DNA of 64,000 nt from Eledone cirrhosa (Eukaryota): assembly GCA_964016885.1 (NCBI GenBank), contig OZ024740.1, forward strand, positions 106,330,001 through 106,394,000. Direction: 5' to 3'. Below the pieces are notes generated by a model. It saw only the letters and a list, made by a program, of their open reading frames with translations. It had not been told where the DNA came from and did no database searches. How positions within the stretch are numbered: the first letter of the stretch is position 1; each line of letters begins with the position of its first letter. A program made the translations under genes and the position numbers. Of this stretch, positions 13,893 through 23,300 are shown one piece after another.

Positions 13893-15710
13893 TTATTCGG
13901 TCTTTGACGGGCCGAGACAAACACGAGCGGAACAATTCCAGGCAGATTTATGAGGCCTTTCACCAGCACTTTGCTCGGCAGTTCTGGGGAAGCGGGGAGT
14001 CGGAGACGGTGGCAGATTTCAGTCCCTACCTCGAAAGCCTACTGCAAGTGATCCGCTCCGATCTCCTCGAAGCGCTCTACTGCAACTGGCAGCAGAACGG
14101 GAGTATTCCCAGTTCTGTGAGCCGGGACGTAATGACGGTAATAAGGAAAGACCAGAATAAGAGTGATATATGAGACAACTTCATGCCCATAACTCTGCTA
14201 AACACAGAGTTTTAGATTTTGACCAAGGTGTTAGTGAAGAGGTTGGCGTTTGTCGTCGGGGATTTGGTAGGTGAGGCGCAAACATGCGAAATCCCAACCA
14301 GGTCCATACATGACAATCTCCGCCACATGCGATACATCAAAGAGAGAGTAGGGTGTAAACCAGGCTTCGGTGGAGTTCTGATCAATTTAGATCAATCGAA
14401 CGCTTTCGATATGGTCGACTAACGATACCTGGAGGCTGTCCTCAAGGCAGCTGACTTCGGTCCCGTCTTCAAAGGCTAGATCGTTTCAACGCACAGCGGC
14501 ATCTGTTTAGTGATCGAAGTTAATGGCTATCTTTCGGAACCGTTTCAGATCACCCGATCGGTCCGTCAAGTGTGTCTTCTCTCCTCCCTTCTGTATGTAC
14601 TGACTCTCGAGCGTTTACTGTGGCAGATGGAGCTGTTTTAGGACATCCCGCTCGAACCAGGACGTGGAATGGCTGTCGGCATATGCGGATGACATCAACG
14701 TGATAGTGTCGAACATCTCGGAAATCGAGATTGTAGGCAGCTGTTTGGAGGAATATGAAAGGTTGACAGGAGCAAAACTAAACCCGGAAAAGTCGGTGGG
14801 TTTGCAGCTCGACAACTGGAAAGTCAAGTCCATGCTGTTCAACAGAGTCGTCGGGAGCTGGACAGGTAAAGTTGCTCTGGATCTGGTTCGGCCCAGATCT
14901 CCAGGTGGATAAAGAATTGGGAAGAGGTTACGATCAGGGTAGCCACTCTCACCCAGAAATCGGTCGAAAGGAAGCTATCACTGAAAGGTCATATATTACC
15001 GCCTGACCGTTATGCCTTGCCCCCGTTCGTGCCTCGCCAAATTGGAACGGTTCCTCTTCAACTTCTTATGGAGGGGACAGATTCTGTTAGTGAACCGGTC
15101 CATCTGCTGCCAGCACTCTCCACATGGTGGGCTGGACATGCCTTGGCTAATGATCCGCGAACATACGCTGCGGATCTGGCATCTCCAGACATTCTGCCTA
15201 AACGTTGAACAGGTGTGGTCGTCGTTTGTGAGACAGGCCTTTCCACAGCTCTTCTCTTTGACTGTACTGCACTCCTCGGTCAAGACGAGACAGAGGCTGG
15301 ATGCCTGACATCTGGAATATTGCCAGGCGCTCATTGCCCTATACCAGTCGGGCAATGCGGTCAGTGAAACTTCCACTCTCGCGTTCTATAGAGAATTAGT
15401 GGTGAGTAAGTGCGATGACGCACTCGGTGAGGCTCTACGCGTAGACAAAGTCGGACTGACCAGTCTGTTCCGGAGGACTTTCGAGTCAGGGACTAAGAAT
15501 AACTTCCAGGAATCCCTCGCTTGACAGTGCTACCGGGGAGCACTGCCGGTTCGAGATAAATTCTACAGGCATGGAAGTACTGTCAGACGGATGTGTCCGA
15601 GATGCGCGAAGAGCGACGAAAGCGTTCTGTACGCACTCGTTCAATATCCATGCATTACTGACTTGCGGAGTTATGTTGAACAGCTATTGTCACATGTAAG
15701 ATGGATCCGG

Positions 15711-15711
<1 letters not shown>
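13893..15711 (+). mobile_element. Decayed L1/Tx1-type non-LTR retrotransposon ORF2 fragment (RT plus C-terminal zinc-binding region)
   Basis: ORF pieces give ordered LINE RT motifs: VIRKD..DNFMPITLLN, LTKVLVKRL, SIHDNL, LDQSNAFDMVD, SVRQ(V)C, SAYADD (14682-14693), GAKLNPEKS, FNFLWRG, HGGLDMP and CPRC....ESVLYAL. There are many stops and frameshifts, and the KSPGxDG segment appears deleted near 14050. GC content is clearly higher than in the flanks. Confidence 0.93.

Positions 15712-15759
<48 letters not shown>
15712..15759. repeat. (TA)24 microsatellite
   Basis: Perfect TA run between the truncated LINE and the hammerhead repeat. Confidence 0.97.
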
Positions 15760-15762
<3 letters not shown>

Positions 15763-15931
15763 AAGTATATATGCAAAATGCATATAGCAACACATGTATT
15801 ATCCAACCGTATGCCAATGTGGTTCTATGGCAGGTTAATAAATTAACAATTGAACATATATAATCAAGGTTTAGCAAATAAGAAAAAGTTTTAAAATAAA
15901 TTTTAAAAAGTTCACTGTACCTGCTATAATT

Positions 15932-16001
15932 ACCCTTACCGCGCAGTTTCAAGTCTCAAAATAAATGGATAATCCATGCGGAAATCCATTCGTCAGCGGG
16001 T
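15932..16001 (-). ncRNA. Type I hammerhead ribozyme, degenerate second copy
   Basis: Minus strand reads acccg CTGACGA atggat...atccat ttattttgagactt GAAA ctgcgcgg TA agggt. The core boxes are intact, but a ~14-nt deletion removes the 5' arm of basal stem II and stem I has a mismatch. Confidence 0.75.
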
Positions 16002-16399
16002 TCTTCTCACTCGGAGAATATAAAATTCCTGAGTTCAAATCACGAACTGGTGCCATACAGAACTGTTCCTGGATGAGAGTGTATGATGAAGAAACAATTT
16101 TGTCTAGTGCCGTGTGTAAAGATAGAAGGCAGGGGCGGAAAGGTCAATGTACTTCCACTAGAAATAGCAGCAGTTAAAACGACCAAAATGTTATCTCGAC
16201 CAGGGGAAATTAATAATAATAAAGTATGTTTCCCTACATGCAAAATGCATATAGCGACACATGTATTATCCAACCGTATGCCAATGTGGTTCTATGGCAG
16301 GTTAATAAATTAACGAGCCAGAACATATATAAGCAAGGTTTAGAAAATAGGAAAAAGTTTTTTTAAAATGTTTTAAAGTTCACTGTACCTGCTATAATT

Positions 16400-16483
16400 A
16401 CCCTTACCGCGCGGTTTCAAGTCTCAAAATAAATGGATAATCCATGGGGAAATCCATTGAGAAGAAGACTTTCGTCAGAGGGT
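16400..16483 (-). ncRNA. Type I hammerhead ribozyme, intact motif
   Basis: Minus strand reads accct CTGACGA aagtct [tcttctc aatggat ttccccatggatt atccatt tattttg] agactt GAAA ccgcgcgg TA agggt. Stem I is accct/agggt, stem II is aagtct/agactt with an inner aatggat/atccatt helix, and stem III is palindromic. Confidence 0.9.
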
Positions 16484-16564
16484 TCTTCTATAATTACCCT
16501 TACCGCGCAGTTTCGAGTCTCAGTTGTTCTGGCTCGTTAATTTATTAACCTGCCATAGAATCAC

Positions 16565-17782
16565 ATTAAAAATACTTCTGAAAGTGGAATTTGGGCCATG
16601 TCTGCAACTAGAAAATAAGATTTTTTTTAAGATTAATAGAGTTTTGACAGTTAATTATATAAAAAATATTCCTCGATACACAAGTTACAGAATCTTGAGA
16701 AAGCCATATTTCGGTATGCAGGTGCTTTCGAAATCGTTCCCCAAGATATCGAATAGTCTATATTGTTGTCTTTTAAGTTCCAAATTAAATGTGAAACTGA
16801 AGTGGAAGATTTTTTATCGGATCTATTAAATGTGTGTTTATGGTTATACCAGTGTTCTCTGAATTTTGTAGAAGTGGCACCAATATAGTTGAATACTTTG
16901 ACTCTAGTTTTAACTGTGCATTTATAAATTATGTCTTTGTCTAAGCAATTATTTTGTAAAGGGCAGTTTGATTTAATTCTAAAGTTACATTTTCTGGAGT
17001 TGTTGTTGTTCGGAACGGTACTATTATTCTGAATATTGTTGTTAGAAATATTATTATTGCTATCTTGGTTAGTTTGGTTAGGGTTTAAATTTAAGTTTCT
17101 ATTATTAATTCTATTTATATTTTGTGCTATGTTCATAGTAGTAGAGTAGGATAGTTTTATAGTGTGCTTGTTAAAAATAGAGTGGTATCTGTGGGCTTTA
17201 GGAAAACATTTATCTAGTTCTTTAAAAAATAGCTTTGCTAAAGGTGTTTTAACGCTTAATGAGAATGGAGGAGAGTACCAAATAATATATCTAGTTCTAG
17301 TTTTTTTGTTTGGTTTAGTGTTTAAGTTAAATTGTTTATTATTATTATAATTAATTCTAGGATGATTTGTTATATTATTGTTATCTATGTATTTAATTTT
17401 ATTCGAGTATCCTGCTCTATGTAAAGCTTCATTGTAATATTCTGCGTTATCATCAAAAATATTTTTATTAGCAGAGATGCGTGAAATCCGTCGTTTGACG
17501 CTATTGACAATAGTATTTTTAATACTTCTAGGATGATTAGAATTGAAACTTACGTAATTTAGATTTTCGTTAATTTTATGGAATGGATAGTAAAGACCTG
17601 TGCTAAGGTTTAAGGTTACATCTAAGAAGTTAACGATTTTGTAATTATTCTCGATTTCTAAATTAAGGTTGTAGTTGTTGAAAAATTGTATTATGGATTT
17701 CCTTTTCCTATTAATTTCACTATTGCTATAGTTTTCAATTAAAAGTAACATATCGTCGCGATATAAACCTCCGGTCATCATC
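16565..17782 (-). mobile_element. 5'-truncated Penelope-like element ORF (RT C-terminal part, thumb, GIY-YIG endonuclease), probably Naiad-type
   Basis: ORF 16651..17832 contains GLYRDD (YRDD 17752-17763), VNFLDVTLNL, SNHP, WYSPPFS..VKT, IFNKHTIKLSYS, C(N)FR...CPL...C, IIYKC...YIGAT (GIY-YIG), NHKHTF and CNLC. The terminal SCRH follows a frameshift. Clade is assigned from recalled motifs. Confidence 0.92.
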
Positions 17783-17814
17783 CTTAAAATACAACAATAT
17801 AGACTATATATATT

Positions 17815-19360
17815 GAACTTAAAAGACAACAATATAGACTATTCAATATCTTGGGGAACGATTTCGAAAGCACCTGTATACCGAAATATGGCTTTCTCAA
17901 GATTCTGTAACTAGTGTATCGAGGAAATTTTTTATATAATTAACTGTCAAAACTCTATTAATCTTAAAACAGAATTATTTTTTAGTTGCAGACATCGCCA
18001 AAATTCCACTTTCAGAAGTATTTTTAATTTATGATATTCATTACACTTGACTATATCTTATACACCTTCAAAATGATCCTATTTTCTTTAAAAATTTAAA
18101 TTTAAATTTTTTTAAATGATCTTCCTTCTTAATTTTTTTAATATTTCTACTATTTTTACCATTTGACATTAATTTTTTAATTTTTTAATATATTCTTTTA
18201 CTATTTTTACCTTTTGACATTATTTTCTTAATGATACCCCTCTCTAAATATATTCTTTTAGATGTAGATTGATAATCTTTAATTGACATTCTGAAAGTTT
18301 ATCCTCTTTACGATAGTTCTTCCAAATGCACATTACTTTTTTTCCTTTTCTTTGGTCTTCAAACTTTCACACATCTTTCGACTAAAATAATATATAATTG
18401 AAATTAATCTCACACAAAACAATATATAATTTTCTCTATATATTTTCTGAGTAAATCATTCATCAAATTTAACGGTTAACAAACAAGCTTGGAGTTATCT
18501 TTCCCTTTTCAATCGTGCAAACATAAACATTATATTATAATATTATATGTATGATAAACTATATAACTTCGCTAAATTAACAATATTCTTAAAACATTTT
18601 CAATGCTGGAACAAAATATTTGAATCTACAAATTGTTCTCCTCTTACAACTTGAACTACCTGTTTTTTATGTAAATCCAAAATCAACATCCTTCGTAACT
18701 AGAAATGTAAACAACTTATTATTAGAAATGTAAACAACTAATAATTGTAAATTATTTATATTTCTATAATACTTATACATGCACAATTATTAATCTATAT
18801 AGATATTTATATACTTACAACCTATTGTAATGTAATAAGATAAAATCTACTTACAACCATAATTCTTCATATAATCTAGTTGATTATATATACAATATTA
18901 TAACTCATAATATAGCTAAATAAATGTAAATTCTGGAAACATATTCCACCATTCCGGCAAACTGTTAATTCCTTTTTAAATTAATTATTCTCGATTTATA
19001 AATTTGTAAATTAACGTAAATACAAGCTCTTCTTTCTTTTCTTTCTTCTTCCTACTCATACATACATATATCCTAATTATTTAAATTCTGCATAGCGTCT
19101 AAAATAACGCCTTTTCAGCCCTATACCTCAAACTCATTTGCATACTCATCTTAATAATTTGAAATATCTGACTTTTCTTCTCTTTTCCTTCACTATTCAA
19201 GAAAAACTTGAACCGTTAAGGTATCTTTTCTTGGTCAAAATTTATAAAACAGACTTTGTATTTTATCTGATGAAAGCGTACTAAAGTTTTGGTGCCCTTG
19301 AAATATATATAATAGAATAAATATGGTTTTATAAATATAGTTTCCATTTATTTAATATCA
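17815..19360 (+). mobile_element. Inverted pseudo-LTR of the same Penelope-like element (ORF 3' end plus long AT-rich 3' UTR)
   Basis: 17815-18028 is the reverse complement of 16565-16780 (LKDNNIDYSISWGTISKAP..SCRH). It continues as AT-rich non-coding DNA to a hammerhead and a short TA run near 19363. The right boundary is inferred. Confidence 0.78.
19259..19319 (+). ncRNA. Minimal type I hammerhead ribozyme at the end of the pLTR
   Basis: tattttat CTGATGA aagcgtacta aagttt tggtgccctt GAAA tatata TA atagaata. Stem I is 8 bp (one G-U), stem II is 10 bp (one C-C mismatch, two G-U), and stem III is short and palindromic as in PLE hammerheads. Confidence 0.85.
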
Positions 19361-19839
19361 TTGTATATATATGTATAGATAGACGGAAGGGAGTGGGGCG
19401 TTGTAGAGTGGTGGTTGTGCCATTTAACAATTAACTAACACAAGGATATTTTGAACAGTTTGAAGTGTTAGTAAACAAAACATACAGGAATAACAGCTTT
19501 AAAGATCTATGTAATCCTCTATTGAAAATTTTCAATAGCCAGATTAAGAGTAAAAAAAGAAACTATATCTAATTAAAATATTTGAATTGATAAAACAATT
19601 TGAGTGGAATTTTAAATAAGCTTCTTAGATCTCATTGACGGGCAGAATGTATATAACATTGAACGTATAATTCATAAATTTTTATTTATCTTATTCTATG
19701 CCTGAATTTTATGTATTATTTTGTTGTTTTCAATAGCGTATTGTTGTTATTCGTCTTAATAATAATCATTTCTGGCATAAACATCAATGTGTTGTATGAA
19801 AGAGAAATAGTTGGCCATTTTGACTGGAAATAGTAAAAG

Positions 19840-19840
<1 letters not shown>

Positions 19841-19876
<36 letters not shown>

Positions 19877-19913
19877 GCTGCTGCTGCTGTTGCTGTTGTT
19901 GTTATTGTTGTTG
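19841..19913. repeat. (GTT)n/(GCT)n microsatellite, probably the (AAC)n tail of the adjacent SINE
   Basis: Trinucleotide run directly adjoining the 3' end of the minus-strand SINE. Confidence 0.93.
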
Positions 19914-20200
19914 ACTTTGGACCTCCATCAGTTCCGACGACGGGTGCTCCAATTTTTTTACCAACGGAACAGCTTGACCATGAATTTAATGTGCAAGTGG
20001 CGAAGCAATCTTCAGATATGAGTAATTTTAACTAAGATCTCATAGTTATTCACTGTCATGACTGGCCCTTTGAATTACTGGTACAGCTCATTTTTGCCAG
20101 CTGGGTAGACAGGAATAATGTGATAATCAAGGACAAAACGCAATGCCGAATATCGAATTTACGATCGTATGATCGATAGCCGATTACCCTTACCGCTACA
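19914..20200 (-). mobile_element. Diverged tRNA-derived SINE of a second family
   Basis: The minus strand has a degenerate tRNA-like head (gtagcggtaagggtaatcggctatcgatcatacgatcgtaaattcgatattc), then gtccttga, ctacccagctggcaaaaatgagctgtacc and an (AAC)n tail. It resembles cephalopod SINEs as I recall them; not verified by search. Confidence 0.6.
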
Positions 20201-20307
20201 ACAAAGATAAAGCATAGACCTATACAGAACCTATCCCAGGCATCAACATGTAACTGCCGAAATCAATCCCACTGATCACTTGCGAGATTCTGTAGTTCCA
20301 ACACAGA

Positions 20308-23300
20308 GGTTTATTAGGTCACACCTGCTAATTAACAACTACCATCATGCCCAAGGTAGTGGTTTATAAAGTCACTCCTGCTAAATAACAACTACCATCA
20401 TGTCCAAGGTAGTGGTTTATAAAGTCACTCCCGCTAAATAACAACTACCATCATGTCCAAGGTAGTGGTTTATAAGGTCAATCCTGCTAAATAACAACTA
20501 CCATCATGTCCAAGGTAGTGGTTTATAAGGTCACTCCTGCTAAATAACAACTACCATCATGTCCAAGGCAGTGGTTTATAAAGTCACTCCTGCTAAATAA
20601 CAACTACCATCATGTCCAAGGTAGTGGTTTATAAGGTCACTCCTGCTAAATAACAACTACCATCATGTCCAAGGAAGTGGTTTATAAGTTCACTCCTGCT
20701 AAATAACAACTACCATCACGTCCAAGGTAGTGGTTTATAAGGTCAATCCTGCTAAATAACAACTACCATCATGTCCAAGGTAGTGGTTTATAAGGTCACT
20801 CCTGCTAAATAACAACTACCATCATGTCCAAGGTAGTGGTTTATAAGGTCACTCCTGCTAAATAACAACTACCATCATGTCCAAGGTAGTGGTTTATAAG
20901 GTCACTCCTGCTAAATAACAATTATCATCATGTCCAAGGTAGTGGTTTATAAAGTCACTCCCGCTAAATAACAACTACCATATTGTCCAAGGTAGTGGTT
21001 TATAAGGTTACACCTGCTAAATAACGACTACCATCATGTCCAAGGCAGTGGTTTAAAAAGTTACTCTTGCTAAATAACAACTACCATCATGTCCAAGGTA
21101 GTGGTTTATAAGGTCACTCCTGCTAAATAACAACTACCATCATGTCCAAGGCAGTGGTTTATAAAGTTACTCTTGCTAAATAACAACTACCATCATGTCC
21201 AAGGTAGTGGTTTATAAGGTCAACCCTGCAAATTAACAACTACAATCATGTCCAAGTTAGTTGTTTATAAGATCACTCCTGCTAAATAACAACTACCATC
21301 ATGTCCAAGGCAGTGGTTTATAAAGTCACTTCTGCTAAATAACAACTACCATCATGTCCAACGTAGTGGTTTATAAGGTCACTCCTGCTAAATAACAACT
21401 ACCATCATGTCCAAGGCAGTGTTTTATAAAGTCACTCCTGCTAAATAACAACTACCATCATGTCCAAGGCAGTGGTTTATAAGGTCACTCCTGCTAAATA
21501 ACAACTACCATCATGTCCAAGGCAGTGTTTTATAAGGTCACTCCTTCTAAATAACAACTACCATCATGTCCAAGGCAGTGGTTTATAAGGTCACTCCTGC
21601 TAAATAACAACTACCATCATGCCCAAGGTAGTGGTTTATAAAGTCACTCCTGCTAAATAACAACTACCATCATGTCCAAGGTAGTGGTTTATAAGGTCAC
21701 TCCTGCTAAATAACAACTACCATCATGTCCAAGGCAGTGGTTTATAAGGTCACTCCTGCTAAATAACAACTACCATCATGCCCAAGGTAGTGGTTTATAA
21801 AGTCACTCCTGCTAAATAACAACTACCATCATGTCCAAGGAAGTGGTTTATAAGTTCACTCCTGCTAAATAACAACTACCATCACGTCCAAGGTAGTGGT
21901 TTATAAGGTCAATCCTGCTAAATAACAACTACCATCATGTCCAAGGTAGTGGTTTATAAGGTCACTCCTGCTAAATAACAACTACCATCATGTCCAAGGT
22001 AGTGGTTTATAAGGTCACTCCTGCTAAATAACAACTACCATCATGTCCAAGGTAGTGGTTTATAAGGTCACTCCTGCTAAATAACAATTATCATCATGTC
22101 CAAGGTAGTGGTTTATGAAGTCACTCCCGCTAAATAACAACTACCATATTGTCCAAGGTAGTGGTTTATAAGGTTACACCTGCTAAATAACGACTACCAT
22201 CATGTCCAAGGCAGTGGTTTATAAAGTTACTCTTGCTAAATAACAACTACCATCATGTCCAAGGTAGTGGTTTATAAGGTCACTCCTGCTAAATAACAAC
22301 TACCATCATGTCCAAGGCAGTGGTTTATAAAGTTACTCTTGCTAAATAACAACTACCATCATGTCCAAGGTAGTGGTTTATAAGGTCAACCCTGCAAATT
22401 AACAAATACAATCATGTCCAAGTTAGTTGTTTATAAGATCACTCCTGCTAAATAACAACTACCATCATGTCCAAGGCAGTGGTTTATAAAGTCACTTCTG
22501 CTAAATAACAACTACCATCATGTCCAACGTAGTGGTTTATAAGGTCACTCCTGCTAAATAACAACTACCATCATGTCCAAGGCAGTGTTTTATAAAGTCA
22601 CTCCTGCTAAATAACAACTACCATCATGTCCAAGGCAGTGGTTTATAAGGTCACTCCTGCTAAATAACAACTACCATCATGTCCAAGGCAGTGTTTTATA
22701 AGGTCACTCCTTCTAAATAACAACTACCATCATGTCCAAGGCAGTGGTTTATAAGGTCACTCCTGCTAAATAACAACTACCATCATGCCCAAGGTAGTGG
22801 TTTATAAAGTCACTCCTGCTAAATAACAACTACCATCATGTCCAAGGCAGTGGTTTATAAGGTCACTCCTGCTAAATAACAACTACCATCATGTCCAAGG
22901 TAGTGGTTTATAAGGTCAATCCTGCTAAATAACAACTACCATCATGTCCAAGGTAGTGGTTTATAAGGTCACTCCTGCTAAATAACAACTACCATAATGT
23001 CCAAGGCAGTGGTTTATAAAGTCACTCCTGCTAAATAACAATTACCATCATGTCCAAGGTAGTGGTTTATAAGGTCACTCCTGCTAAATAACAACTACCA
23101 TCATGTACAAGGCAGTGGTTTATAAGGTCACTCCTGCTAAATAACAACTACCATGATGTCCAAGCCAGTGGTTTATACGGTCACTCCTGCTAAATAACAA
23201 CTACCATAATGTCCAAGGCAGTGGTTTATAAAGTCACTTCTGCTAAATAACAACTACCATCATGTCCAAGGCAGTGGTTAATAAGGTCACTCCTGCTAAA

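Larger units (their letters stand above)
15759..16489 (-). mobile_element. ~1.5 tandem copies of a ~468-bp hammerhead-containing unit (retrozyme-like, or the pLTR of a second Penelope-like family)
   Basis: 15771-16007 is repeated at 16238-16489 (atgcaaaatgcatatag...gggttcttct). Each copy holds a hammerhead core on the minus strand. No credible protein is encoded. Confidence 0.8.

Noticed and set aside
14615-15376. Minus-strand and alternate-frame ORFs over the LINE
   Set aside because: They are shadows of the plus-strand RT pseudogene.
15671-16313. Short ORFs across (TA)n and the 468-bp unit
   Set aside because: They overlap on both strands, are partly microsatellite-derived and have no motifs. 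The region is better explained as ribozyme repeat.
16651-18100. Selenoprotein-type Naiad (in-frame UGA plus SECIS)
   Set aside because: There are no in-frame TGA codons at the Cys positions. The stop in the inverted copy is TAG from TTG. No SECIS was recognised by eye.
18130-18740. Small direct repeats in the pLTR UTR (ctatttttacc.tttgacatta x2; tagaaatgtaaacaact x2)
   Set aside because: Ordinary slippage duplications in AT-rich DNA with no further structure evident.
19811-20035. Poly-Val / poly-Leu ORFs
   Set aside because: They are translations of the (GTT)n tail and SINE body.
20183-20196. 14-bp match attacccttaccgc between the SINE head and the hammerhead cleavage region
   Set aside because: The match does not extend on either side and lies in a diverged tRNA-like head, so it is treated as coincidence.
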